Assembly (NCBI GenBank): GCA_963675295.2
Contig: CAXXKJ010000002.1
Coordinates: forward strand, 448,001-512,000
Reading direction: 5' to 3'
Length of the DNA: 64,000 nucleotides
Source: a bacterium
Lineage (GTDB): Bacteria > Electryoneota > Electryoneia > Electryoneales > Electryoneaceae
Shown piece by piece: positions 30,202 to 40,420 of this stretch. The first letter of the stretch is position 1; each line of letters starts with the position of its first letter. Both the position numbers and the translations under genes were made by a program. Below the pieces are notes generated by a model. That model worked only from the letters and a program-made list of their open reading frames with translations, had not been told where the DNA came from and made no database searches.

Positions 30202-30239
30202 AACACACTACCCCGAACCTATGTCCGGGGTAGTGTGTT
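30202..30239 (-). terminator. Intrinsic terminator after the 30265 gene
   Basis: AACACACTACCCCG...CGGGGTAGTGTGTT stem with a U-rich tail on the minus strand. Confidence 0.7.
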
Positions 30240-30264
30240 GTTTACAGGATCAAGCGGTAGGTAG

Positions 30265-32376
30265 CTACTTCATCAGCACAACTTTCTGCACGGCGTTGAG
30301 CTGTCCGGGGACGGTCGCGTGGACGAAGTAGATGCCGCTTGACAGGGACGACGCGTCAAAGGTGAACGCGTGGGTTCCGGCGGCGGTGCGGCCACTCGCG
30401 AGCGACGCGACCTGCTGGCCGAGCGTGTTGACAACGGTGACCGTGAGGTCCGCCGCTTCAGGCAGCGCGACGGAGATTGTCGTCGTCGGGTTGAACGGGT
30501 TCGGGTAAGCGGCGTTGAGCGCGTACGCGTTGGGTAGAGCCAACGTTCCGACGGCTTCTTCCGCGACCATGAACGCGCCGTGTGTGGACCAGCCGTTGAC
30601 ACCATCGGCGGCCGATGCGGTTTTCTCGAACTGGAACGAATCGCTTACATGCGGTCCATTCGGGTAGCCGATGCTGCCGTAGTAGGTGTAGGTCCCGGCG
30701 GGCGCGTAGGACGGGACATCCTGGCTCAACCCGGCGACGGTGACATCCATGCCGGCGGTGAGGGTGAAGCGTGCGCTGAAGACGTTGTTGATCCAGTTGC
30801 CGTTGGGCAGCTCGACGTCGGTGAAGTAGAAGATGTTCGGGTACGGCGTCGCGGTCGAGTTGACGATGTGGACGTCGTAGTCGATCGTGCCACCGCCGGC
30901 CGGAATGGTCAGCGGCGCGGCGTTCAGCAGCTCAACGTAGATCGGGTCGGGGGAGCCGTACGCGCCGAGGGTGCCGTCCGGGTTGATGTTCTGCATGTAG
31001 AGGTCGCCGCTGGGATCGCTGCGGTCGTCGGTCCAGACCGCGACGAGCTGCTCGTTAGTGGTCAACGTGGCTTCGTGGTCACCCTTCGGGGACTCAACGT
31101 TGCAGAGGTAGAACGGGGCGCCGTCCCAGGCGACGCTGCCGTCGGCGTTGATCCGGGTGGCCATGATGTAGCTGTAATTTTCGCCGAAGACGGCGTCCTT
31201 GTAACTCATCATAATGCCGCCGCCGTCCATGACGAACCCGCGCTGGGCGTACGGCTGGTTGTTGCCGAGCGGGGTGATGGCGACGCCGTTGTCGGTCCAG
31301 AGACGGTTGCCGTCGAGGTCGAACTTCTGCGCGCCGAGACCGTTCATCGTCTGGCCAGTGTTGGCGGTCTGGTACATGACGTAGATGGCGTCGTTGGTGT
31401 CGTTAAACGCGATCGTTGGGGTCATCTGGATTTCGGCGGTGTTGGTGCTGGCCTGGACGCCATTTTCCGCCCACATCACGATGCCGTCCTGGTTGGTGTG
31501 CTGGACGAAGACGTGCAGCAGGTTGTCGATGTGGCTGTCGTACCAGTAGGAGATTGCACCGTCGTTGCCGTCGTTGACAACCTTCGGGCGCATCTGGATA
31601 CCAAGTCCGCCAACGTTGTTCAGGTTGACGCCGTAAGCATCCCATTCGGCGGTACCGTCCACGGCGAAGCGGTTGATGTACAGCCAGCGGGGCGACCAGA
31701 ACATCGAGCCCTGGGACGCAATCCATTGCAGAATGAAACCACCGTCCGAGGTCGGGGCCATGCGTGGGATGCTGACCTGGTAGAGGTCGGAGATTTCGAT
31801 GATCGCCGGGTCCCAAACGTCCGCGCCATTCGAGTCAACGCGCCGCAGGTTGATGTTCATGTCGGACTGCCAGGCGAAGACGATGTCGCCGTTTTCGCAG
31901 ACGCAGATTTGCTGGGCGAGGTCGTCGTCGGTGTCGTCGGAGAGGACGATGCCATCCGCGCCCCAGTTGAAGGTGCCGTCCGGAGCGATGGAATAGCCGT
32001 AGACATCCCAGTCGGTACCGGCGCGAACGTCGTTGGTGCAGACGATGGCGTTATCGTTCGCATCGACGGCGAAATCCCACTCGGTGACCCAGGAATTCTG
32101 GGCGTTGTCGCTGACCAGCAGGCCGTTGCCGAACATGACGTTTCCGTTGGCGTCGAGGCGTTGCAGGTAAACGTCATAGTTGCCGGATCCGTTGTTGTAG
32201 AACAGGATCCATGCACCGCCGTCGGACGTGCGTTCGATCAGCGGGACGGTCTGTTCGCCGGTTCCGGAGGAAAGGACGAGGTTGGTCGCTGGGTCATCCG
32301 GCCATTGCGCGGATGCGGTTCCGGCGATCAGGATCAGGGCAAGCAGTGCGACGAATCCAGCGTACATCAGTCTCAT
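30265..32376 (-). CDS. Secreted beta-propeller + Ig-like module + T9SS CTD
   Basis: Signal peptide, repeated Y.Q..D..G...W...G blades, CTD. Confidence 0.88.
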   Translation of the reverse strand: MRLMYAGFVALLALILIAGTASAQWPDDPATNLVLSSGTGEQTVPLIERTSDGGAWILFYNNGSGNYDVYLQRLDANGNVMFGNGLLVSDNAQNSWVTEWDFAVDANDNAIVCTNDVRAGTDWDVYGYSIAPDGTFNWGADGIVLSDDTDDDLAQQICVCENGDIVFAWQSDMNINLRRVDSNGADVWDPAIIEISDLYQVSIPRMAPTSDGGFILQWIASQGSMFWSPRWLYINRFAVDGTAEWDAYGVNLNNVGGLGIQMRPKVVNDGNDGAISYWYDSHIDNLLHVFVQHTNQDGIVMWAENGVQASTNTAEIQMTPTIAFNDTNDAIYVMYQTANTGQTMNGLGAQKFDLDGNRLWTDNGVAITPLGNNQPYAQRGFVMDGGGIMMSYKDAVFGENYSYIMATRINADGSVAWDGAPFYLCNVESPKGDHEATLTTNEQLVAVWTDDRSDPSGDLYMQNINPDGTLGAYGSPDPIYVELLNAAPLTIPAGGGTIDYDVHIVNSTATPYPNIFYFTDVELPNGNWINNVFSARFTLTAGMDVTVAGLSQDVPSYAPAGTYTYYGSIGYPNGPHVSDSFQFEKTASAADGVNGWSTHGAFMVAEEAVGTLALPNAYALNAAYPNPFNPTTTISVALPEAADLTVTVVNTLGQQVASLASGRTAAGTHAFTFDASSLSSGIYFVHATVPGQLNAVQKVVLMK

Positions 32377-32887
32377 GGTGTACCTCACATGCGTGTGGGT
32401 TCCTGAGGATACGCCCGGGGGAATTGTATGGTAGGGCGTACCCGCGAACCCTGTTACGGGGGGCTTGGAACAAAAGTCGCAACACCGGAAGCGGTGTCTC
32501 GGGTAACATCGAAAGTACGAAACAATTCATGTCCGATAGACGAACTATTACGGAATTAGGTTACTGAGTGGAGAGCTAACATTTCGCGTAAGCACAATTA
32601 TTGGCGGGAAAAGAGGGGGACAGGGCGGATCAGGACGGAGCCGACGAGAGCAAATCTGGTGGGGGTAGACACAAATGAGGACGGGCGCTGGGTACCCGTG
32701 CAGAGAAGCCGCGATCACAGTGAAATCCGACTTGCAACACACCAAGTCGGGCCACACAGCCATGGGAAAAGAAAGAGAGGAGGGCAGATGAATCCGAGCA
32801 CTGCCGCCCACCCCATGTTGGTGGTGGGTTAGCGTCCATCTCGCCCATAGAAGCGGACGGTGAGGGCAGCTTCAGAGAGAGCGTTGG

Positions 32888-33748
32888 CTATGGAAACTCG
32901 ATCTTGTACGATATCACACTATCCATCACCTGGTAGACGGGATTAGCGGGATAGCCGGTGTACGTGTACAGCGTGTAAGTCCCAACGGGGGCGAAGCTGG
33001 GAATGTTGACTGTCAGATCGGGAATGGTGATCGAACCGTTCGCCGGCACCTGCACCGGCATCATCTGGAGCGGGCCCAACCGTAAACCGGCGGGCGAATC
33101 ATAGCACGGGACCTGGATGTAATGCCAGAGCCGGAAGTTTGTAAACTCGGTCATTGTGGTGTTTGTGATGGTGACGTCAACGGTAATCGGTCCGCCGGTG
33201 CTGAAGATCACTCCGTCGCTCGTCAATTCAGAGTCGATATAGACCCAGCCGGGGAAACTCTGGCTGACGCGGAGATCGTTGATGGCAAACTCATCGATGC
33301 CGCCGTCCGGGGACAGCACGTTATTCAGCTTGAAAAACAATTGGTCGCCGAGAATCAGGTTCTCCGGGATTGTTTCGTTGGCGACTCCCCGGTTAATGCC
33401 GTAGGGCGCGTCAACACTGAAGATCGTGTGCCACGGCCCGTTGGGATCGAACGCGACGCTGACACATGAACTACCGTCCGAACCCTTGACGAAGTAATGG
33501 AACTGAATCACAAGGAATTCCGCGCCGGAAACATTGACCGGTGTGGTGTACAGGTCGCTGTCTTCTGTTTGCAGCGTATGGATATATGGCGAATCGTAAA
33601 GCGGTCCGTCTTCTACCCACGACCAGGCGGCTCCGGTCCATCCGGCCGGCATGCCATCGGAAAACTCTTCGATATAATCCCACTGCGCAGCGGCACTGCC
33701 CGCCAGCAGCAGCAACAGAAGCGGGGTAAACAGCATCATCGTTTTCAT
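32888..33748 (-). CDS. Secreted beta-sandwich domain + terminal Ig-like module, no T9SS CTD
   Basis: Signal peptide; EEFSDGMPAGW start resembling MAM/cleaved-adhesin domains; ends with IPSFAPVGTY...DSVISYK. Confidence 0.75.
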   Translation of the reverse strand: MKTMMLFTPLLLLLLAGSAAAQWDYIEEFSDGMPAGWTGAAWSWVEDGPLYDSPYIHTLQTEDSDLYTTPVNVSGAEFLVIQFHYFVKGSDGSSCVSVAFDPNGPWHTIFSVDAPYGINRGVANETIPENLILGDQLFFKLNNVLSPDGGIDEFAINDLRVSQSFPGWVYIDSELTSDGVIFSTGGPITVDVTITNTTMTEFTNFRLWHYIQVPCYDSPAGLRLGPLQMMPVQVPANGSITIPDLTVNIPSFAPVGTYTLYTYTGYPANPVYQVMDSVISYKIEFP

Positions 33749-33811
33749 TGTATCCCCCTTGTCGGTGTTTCAGAGACTGTTTTGCAAAATACAACCCGAT
33801 CCGTCAGCCAG

Positions 33812-35620
33812 TCACTTCATCAGGACGGTTTTCTGGATGTGGTCTGGTGTTCCGGAGCAAGATGCGTGCACGAAATAGATCCCGCTGGCGAGGGATGAAC
33901 CGTCGAGAGTGAAGCTGTGCTGTCCGGCGGAATAGGAACCGTGCGCAAGTTCCGCAACCTGCTGGCCCAGTGTGTTGTGGACGGTCAGCGACAGGTCGGA
34001 CGGTTCGGGCAGGGTGATGGAGATGGTGATGGTGGCGTTGAACGGGTTCGGGTACGCAGATAGCAGGGCGAACCCAGCCGGCGTGCCTTCTGCGGCGACG
34101 TTTCCGAGTGAACCGGCCAGGGCCTGGTATCCGGAAGCGGACCAGCGCCGGTTTCCGCTCGGGGCAGCTGTCGGGGCGATGATGTCAAACGTGAATTCGT
34201 CCAGAGCAGCGACGTAACCCGGTCGCATCCCGGCGTTCAGGCGGAACGTGTAGGTTCCCAGCGGTGCGAACGACGGAATTTCCTGGAAGATGTGGTTCGC
34301 TTCGAGCGTAGCGTTAAAAAGCATGGGCATGTTATCGAGCGTCCAGATCGGGCCGTAGGTGTAGCCGGAGGGGAGCACAGCTTCGGTCCAGAAGTCGACC
34401 AACGTCATCCCGGGGCGGTTGCAGCGCACGACGGCGGCGTACTCGAAGCTGCCACCCTGTTCGACGACGAGCGGGGAACTGGCCGGGGTCAGTGACAGGA
34501 ACACCGGGGTGGGAGGTTCGGGTGTGCCGAGCAGTTCCCACCAGACCAGCAGGTGGGTATACAAGGTGGTTCCGGCGATATCCAGGTCACCATCCCCATC
34601 CATGTCGGCGGGAAACACGTCAAGTACATTTTCGTACGGCGTGCTGAAGATGACCTCGGACCACGAACCGCCGAAACCGTCCACGTTTTCCCAGCATTTG
34701 TTCACGCCGTTGACATTCGACTCGGACGAACAGACAATGTCCATGTCGTGGTCGGTGTCCATGTCGCACACCCACAGCTCATTCGGAGCCTCGATGGGTC
34801 CGATGGTATGTTCCACGGGCGGATAGCCGTGTTCGTACCAGACGATATCATAGTTGGCCTGGTCAATCAGCTTGCAGCCGACGATATCGATGTCGCCATC
34901 GCCGTTGACGTCGGCGAATTTTGCCAGTTCCAGGGAGTAGTTAAACGGTGTTTGCGTAAACGTGCGGTTTCCGTTGTTGTACCAGAGGTACGTCGGGATA
35001 ATGTATCTGCTGGATAGAATATCGAGGTCGCCGTCGCCGTCCACATCGCCGATCGCGGTACTGATCGGGGGTCCTTCATAGTCATAGAACAGGTCGTGGC
35101 GAGTAAATCCCTGAACTCCACGATTTTCCCACCAGGATATGTAGCCAATCGGGACACTGTCCTGACCGGAGGCGACGATATCGATGTCGCCATCGTTGTC
35201 CATGTCAACGCAGTTGACGTCGACCGTGAAACCGTTGTATCCGCCAACGTGGTGCTGGGTGAAATTCTGGCTGCCGTCGTTTTCCCACCAGTCGATAGCT
35301 TGGCTGGAGTACCCGCCGGTGACGATGTCCATATCGCCGTCACTGTCGAGGTCGGCGGCGGTGCAGGTTCCGTAGGAAATGAGGTCGCCGGTCAGCGAGC
35401 GTTTGGTAAACGTGTTCGTCCCATCATTTTCCCACCACCCGAACCCACTCCAACCCTCGGTGACAATCAGATCCTGATCACCGTCCTGATCGATGTCCGC
35501 CACAACCACATCGGTGCTATAAAAATCGGGCGATTGATAGATCAGTGTTTCCGCGAACTGGTACTCAGCGAAGGTGGCAAACGGCAGGCACAACAGCAGC
35601 AAGGTCACGATGTACTTCAT
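33812..35620 (-). CDS. FG-GAP/VCBS propeller + Ig-like module + T9SS CTD
   Basis: Seven D.D.DGD.DI...W(W/Y)EN.G repeats, CTD. Confidence 0.88.
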   Translation of the reverse strand: MKYIVTLLLLCLPFATFAEYQFAETLIYQSPDFYSTDVVVADIDQDGDQDLIVTEGWSGFGWWENDGTNTFTKRSLTGDLISYGTCTAADLDSDGDMDIVTGGYSSQAIDWWENDGSQNFTQHHVGGYNGFTVDVNCVDMDNDGDIDIVASGQDSVPIGYISWWENRGVQGFTRHDLFYDYEGPPISTAIGDVDGDGDLDILSSRYIIPTYLWYNNGNRTFTQTPFNYSLELAKFADVNGDGDIDIVGCKLIDQANYDIVWYEHGYPPVEHTIGPIEAPNELWVCDMDTDHDMDIVCSSESNVNGVNKCWENVDGFGGSWSEVIFSTPYENVLDVFPADMDGDGDLDIAGTTLYTHLLVWWELLGTPEPPTPVFLSLTPASSPLVVEQGGSFEYAAVVRCNRPGMTLVDFWTEAVLPSGYTYGPIWTLDNMPMLFNATLEANHIFQEIPSFAPLGTYTFRLNAGMRPGYVAALDEFTFDIIAPTAAPSGNRRWSASGYQALAGSLGNVAAEGTPAGFALLSAYPNPFNATITISITLPEPSDLSLTVHNTLGQQVAELAHGSYSAGQHSFTLDGSSLASGIYFVHASCSGTPDHIQKTVLMK

Positions 35621-35795
35621 CTCTCTGTCCCCCCAGGGATGGTAGATCTTTGCAGATTACGAAAAATGCCGAACTTTTTAGCGGAGATAAAGCTGTAGCG
35701 TTTAACTTTTTGCGCTGGACAAGAGAAAAGCGGCCTCGTTAAGTACAAGAGACCGTTACACTTAAAAATGTTAGCAGAGAATAACTTCGGGTGGA

Positions 35796-37250
35796 TCACT
35801 TCATCAGTACGACTTTCTGCACGGCGTTCAGTTCGCCGGTGACAGCTGCGTGCACGAAATAGATCCCGCTGGCGAGGGATGAACCGTCGAGGGTGAAGCT
35901 GTGCTGTCCGGCGGAATAGGAACCGTGCGCAAGTTCCGCGACTTGTTGGCCGAGAGTGTTGACGACGGTCAGGGTCAGCTCGGACGCTTTGGGCAGGGTG
36001 ACGGATAGGGTCGTCGCGGCGTTGAACGGGTTTGGGGAGATGGACAAATTGAGCGTGTTCGGAGATACGTCGTTGTCTTCATTCAACGCCGAGATATGGT
36101 TTGGTGATGGGTTCGGGTCGACGGGTGGCAGCGGGTCGAAGTCGAGGCGGGCGACGATGCCGAGATCGAAGGCATTCAGCCCGCACAACGCGACGGCGTT
36201 GACGTTGGGAATCGGGTCGGCGTCCCGCAGCGAGAATTCGTTGTATTGCGTCGGAATTGGGATAGTTTCGGTGTGGACGTAGACGCCGTCCAGCGTGAAC
36301 AGCGATACCTTGATTTCGGTCGGGTTGCCGTCCTCCTGCCACACGTTTACGTAGCCGTATCCCGGCAGGCAGAGCAGCTGGGTGTCGAATTCGATGGCGG
36401 GGTGGACAGCGTTCCAATCGATGTCGGCATCGGGCGTGATGTGATTCAGAGCTCCGCCCTGGAAATTGTAGAAGCCGGAGTTGCCGTCGGAGAAAAACGT
36501 GTACGGGTGCAGATTGTAGGGTAGTTGATGCGGCAGTGTGGCCACGGGGGCATTCGCGTCCGCGAACAACTTGATCTGGTTACGTAGTTTGACGGCCACC
36601 CGTGCCTCCGGATACTCCAGGTTCGTGTATTGGGTGACCAGTGCGGATGCCGGTTCGACACTCAGGAAGTTGGTGCTTGTGTAGCCGGAGGCTTCCCGCA
36701 TCCGGTACATCTTTACGCGGCAGGTCACCCAGCTGGAACCGGAGGTGACGAGGAAATAGTAGACGCCGTCATTGAACGCGAGAAAGTTGTCGCGGACATA
36801 GAGGTAATCGTCCTGCAGCGGGCGCAGGTTGGTGAGTTGGCCGCTGGAGGTCGCAAGGCAGAAGTACATGCCGGGATCTTCCCAGCCAGACAGATCGCCC
36901 TGGAAAACGATCATCGCACCGTTCGTGCCCGCCCTCAATTCGTGTGGCCGGGTGAAGCCGCCGTCCCCGTCCACGAAATCGCCAACGAACAGGTGGTGCC
37001 AGCCTCGAAGGCCGTCCGGGTGGTATTTCGCGAGTTCGATCCACGCGCCGTCGTCCAGACCGTTGTAGGCGTAGCCATAGCCGCAGACGTAAATCGTGCC
37101 GTCAGTGGCGACGGAGATGTTGGTTGCGGAAAGGCCGGTGTTCCACCATGGCCAGTCGTACTCGTCGGACCAGGTGAGGTGGACGAGTTGGGCGGAGGTC
37201 GAGGTTGAAAGGAACAACGTCGTGATGAACAGAAGGAACAGGCGTTTCAT
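35796..37250 (-). CDS. Secreted beta-rich protein with T9SS CTD
   Basis: Signal peptide, ISPNPFN...ASGIYFV...KVVLMK. Confidence 0.82.
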   Translation of the reverse strand: MKRLFLLFITTLFLSTSTSAQLVHLTWSDEYDWPWWNTGLSATNISVATDGTIYVCGYGYAYNGLDDGAWIELAKYHPDGLRGWHHLFVGDFVDGDGGFTRPHELRAGTNGAMIVFQGDLSGWEDPGMYFCLATSSGQLTNLRPLQDDYLYVRDNFLAFNDGVYYFLVTSGSSWVTCRVKMYRMREASGYTSTNFLSVEPASALVTQYTNLEYPEARVAVKLRNQIKLFADANAPVATLPHQLPYNLHPYTFFSDGNSGFYNFQGGALNHITPDADIDWNAVHPAIEFDTQLLCLPGYGYVNVWQEDGNPTEIKVSLFTLDGVYVHTETIPIPTQYNEFSLRDADPIPNVNAVALCGLNAFDLGIVARLDFDPLPPVDPNPSPNHISALNEDNDVSPNTLNLSISPNPFNAATTLSVTLPKASELTLTVVNTLGQQVAELAHGSYSAGQHSFTLDGSSLASGIYFVHAAVTGELNAVQKVVLMK

Positions 37251-37384
37251 CGTAAACCTCGGGATGATTGGTGAACCGGAACGGCTATTTTGGGGGGGAA
37301 GCCGTGACCCAGCATAGGGATAACGTAGAACCGGGAAAGGTGAAACGCAAGAAATGGTGAAAAAGTGGTAAAGAATGATCGGGT

Positions 37385-37592
37385 GGATGAGCCGCGATAA
37401 CCGTCACCAACAGACGTGACGGCTTATCACGGGCACCAGGATGATCCAGTTGAGGATGATCCGCGGTAGCAAAGCTCCCGCGGGCATCAGGCACAACGTG
37501 ATCCGGAGGACGGTGATTCGAGGATGACGATTCGGTGGTCGTGGGTGATTCGGAGGACGATGATCCCGGCTGGCGGAGCCATCCGGGGCACG
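37385..37592. repeat. Cluster of GGATGANCC-[hairpin]-GGGCAY elements
   Basis: At least three complete elements plus partial GATGATCC heads; one differs by 1 nt from 11466-11500. Confidence 0.75.
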
Positions 37593-37612
37593 TGGGTGTG
37601 TATATTGGGCGC

Positions 37613-38986
37613 ATGGCACTGAACCCGATCCTCGAACGGCATAAACACGAACTCGACAAGTGCGTCACCTGCGCGATCTGCCAGAGTGTCTGCCCCACGT
37701 TTCAGCTTTCCGGCCTCGAGAAACTGAGTCCGCGTGGACGGATTGTCCTGCTGCGACGGATGGTCAACGGCGATGTCGACCCGGCGACAGTCGCGGACGA
37801 CACGTTCAATTTCTGCACCCTGTGTTATGCATGCCAGACGGCGTGCCCGGCCGGGGTGAAGACCGACCTGCTGTTTATCGGCGCACGTCAGGAGATTGCG
37901 GCCGCGAAAGGGTTGCCCAAGGCGAAGCAGAAGGTGTTTGCGGCACTGGAATCGCCTGACCGTGTCGAAAAGGCGGTGCGGTTGGGCTCATTGGCGCAGA
38001 AGACGCTCGGCGAGGGCACGGTCAACAAGCTCGCTGGCGGGATGGTGGTGCCGAAGTTGCGTGGGAAGCCGTGGCTCAAGGAATTGCCGGAGGTGATCGA
38101 ACCGGAAGGCGGAAAGGTGCGTGCGACGGTCGCGTTTTTTGCCGGCTGCATGAGCAATTATGTTGATGCGCGGGCGGCGTACGCGAGCCTCGAAGTGTTG
38201 CGGCGGTTGGGTGCACGGATCATCATCCCGAAGGCGCAGGTGTGTTGCGGCGCGCCGGCGTTCAACAACGGCGATTTCACCACCGCGGCGCAACTGGCGG
38301 CGACGAACCTGGCGTTGTTCGAGGATCCGGAGATTACGGCGGTGATTTCGCCGGACGCGACCTGCGGCGGCGCATTCAAGCATGAGATTCCCGAACTGTT
38401 GTGGGACGATGACGAGCTCGCGGTCAGCGCGCAGCTTGTCGCCGCGAAGACGATGGACTGGGCGGGATTTGTGTTGAAGCATCTCGACCCGCGTTTCGAG
38501 CCGACGAAAGAACCGGCGGTGAAGGTGACGGTTCACGACTCGTGCCACCTGACGCACACGCAGCCGCATGCGCCGGCGGGCCTACCGGAAGCGGACGGAT
38601 CATCCCGACTTGCGAGCAAGTCGGGGCAAACAGAAGCTGTATCGCATGCGGGTGATAGCGCGCCTGCGCCCGCGAAACCGCACCTCTCGGTGCACAAATT
38701 GCTGGCGAAGCTGCCGGGGGTAGATCTGGTGCCGTTGCCGGAATCGACGGTCTGCTGCGGGTTCGGCGGCTCGTTCTCGGCGATGTACCCGGATGACGCC
38801 GCGCGTTGGGGCGGCCGCAAGCTGGACACCATCGGCAACACCGGCGCGGAGATCGGGATTGTCTCCAGCCCGGGCTGCCTGAACCACCTCGAAACGGTGC
38901 GGTCGGACCGTCATGAAAACGCCTACCGCCTGCTGCACCCTGCTGAATTGATCTGCGAACGGTACGGCTGGACGCCCGGCTGGTAA
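37613..38986 (+). CDS. GlcF-like Fe-S oxidoreductase subunit (2x[4Fe-4S] + two CCG domains)
   Basis: CVTCAICQSVCP, CTLCYACQTACP, QVCCG, HDSCHL, CCGFGG. Confidence 0.9.
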   Translation: MALNPILERHKHELDKCVTCAICQSVCPTFQLSGLEKLSPRGRIVLLRRMVNGDVDPATVADDTFNFCTLCYACQTACPAGVKTDLLFIGARQEIAAAKGLPKAKQKVFAALESPDRVEKAVRLGSLAQKTLGEGTVNKLAGGMVVPKLRGKPWLKELPEVIEPEGGKVRATVAFFAGCMSNYVDARAAYASLEVLRRLGARIIIPKAQVCCGAPAFNNGDFTTAAQLAATNLALFEDPEITAVISPDATCGGAFKHEIPELLWDDDELAVSAQLVAAKTMDWAGFVLKHLDPRFEPTKEPAVKVTVHDSCHLTHTQPHAPAGLPEADGSSRLASKSGQTEAVSHAGDSAPAPAKPHLSVHKLLAKLPGVDLVPLPESTVCCGFGGSFSAMYPDDAARWGGRKLDTIGNTGAEIGIVSSPGCLNHLETVRSDRHENAYRLLHPAELICERYGWTPGW

Positions 38987-39136
38987 CCGCTCGCAGAGTC
39001 CCATGTTGGCGTACGTTTTGCAAAACCTGTGGGTTACGGGTGGTCTCTGCCGCGACCGATTGCCGGAAACCCGTGTGGGTGCTGGCGAAGGTTCGGCAGT
39101 GTGGGTCAATCAGTGTGCGCAAGAACGGGGGATGCT

Positions 39137-40420
39137 ATGGCACGGTTTGCACGAATTGGTACAAGCGTCATCGCACTTTGCCTGGTGCTGGTGGCAACGG
39201 CCTCGGCTCAGCCGCAGTGGGTCAACATTGGACTGGAGGGAGAGACGGTTCACGATCTCTGCCTCGATCCGTTCGAACAGACGACAATTTTCGCGGCGTG
39301 CGCGAGCGGATTGTACCGGTACGACGAGTTTGTGATGTCGTGGGAGCCGTTGTCTGCGACCCCGGTGATGGTGATCGCGGCCAGTCCGGCGGAACAGGAC
39401 CTGCTGTACGCGGCGGGCGAAAACTGGGTCGCGCGCAGCGAGGACGGTGGGGATTCATGGACGACGCTGTGGACGCAGGCTGGGTTGCGGGTGCTGAAAT
39501 TGACGCCGCATCCAGCGAGTCCGGACACGGTGTACCTGCGGCGGGTCGGCGGGGTCTGGCGTTCCGGGGATCGAGGTGACACCTGGACTCAGGTGTGGCT
39601 GGACGAAACCGAGAACAACACGCCCGCGCTGGAAACCATCAGCGTTCGTCCTTCCTCGATTTACACAATGACCGCGGATTCGGTGTACGCCTCAGATGAC
39701 AACGGGGATACGTGGTACGCTTTGGAAGATCTGGACGGTTGGGGATTCGAGTATCCGTTGCGTGATCTAACCGGATCGGAATGGGAGTTGGCTGTTGCCA
39801 GCTCAGGCTACCCGACGCGATGGAGCAGTCTGCACGATGTTTGGCAGTGGCGGGAATTCTACTGGATCTGGCCGACACCGGACGATTGGGAAGGAACGGT
39901 GAAATTCATCGTGCCGTTCCGTGGTGAAGGGTTGCTGGTGACGACAGAGGAAATGGTTCAACTATCGGACCTGTCGATACCTGGCCCGCTGGACGAAGCG
40001 ACGCCGTTCTACGATCCGAGCATCCTCACCTGCGGAATACCTGGTTGGAATGGAGCTGTCGACTGTCTGTTGGGGACGGTTGGCGACGGCGTATGGTACT
40101 GTGAAGCTGCTGTCTACATTGGCGTAGAAGAAACGGCCAGCGAGACGGTTCCCGAAACGTTCGGCCTGCACTCGGTGTACCCGAACCCGTTCAACGCGTC
40201 CACGCGGATCACGCTTGCGGTGGGCGGTGTCCGGGATGTGACGGTGACGGTGTATGATGTGCTCGGGCAGCAGGTGGCGACGCTGCACCGGGGGACGCTG
40301 ACGGCAGGCCGGCACTCATTCGTGTGGGACGCCGGCGTGGCCGCGAGTGGCGTGTATTTCGTCCGGGCCGAGGCGAGGTCTGGACAAACGGCGATGGCCA
40401 AGGTGATGTTGTTGCGTTGA
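39137..40420 (+). CDS. Secreted BNR/Ycf48-like propeller with T9SS CTD
   Basis: Signal peptide, S.DGG.(S/T)W repeats, VYPNPFNA...ASGVYFV...KVMLLR. Confidence 0.85.
   Translation: MARFARIGTSVIALCLVLVATASAQPQWVNIGLEGETVHDLCLDPFEQTTIFAACASGLYRYDEFVMSWEPLSATPVMVIAASPAEQDLLYAAGENWVARSEDGGDSWTTLWTQAGLRVLKLTPHPASPDTVYLRRVGGVWRSGDRGDTWTQVWLDETENNTPALETISVRPSSIYTMTADSVYASDDNGDTWYALEDLDGWGFEYPLRDLTGSEWELAVASSGYPTRWSSLHDVWQWREFYWIWPTPDDWEGTVKFIVPFRGEGLLVTTEEMVQLSDLSIPGPLDEATPFYDPSILTCGIPGWNGAVDCLLGTVGDGVWYCEAAVYIGVEETASETVPETFGLHSVYPNPFNASTRITLAVGGVRDVTVTVYDVLGQQVATLHRGTLTAGRHSFVWDAGVAASGVYFVRAEARSGQTAMAKVMLLR

Noticed and set aside
22639-37250. Integron cassette array
   Set aside because: The genes are co-oriented, but no attC-like RYYYAAC...GTTRRRY sites or integrase were recognised; the genes have their own SDs and terminators
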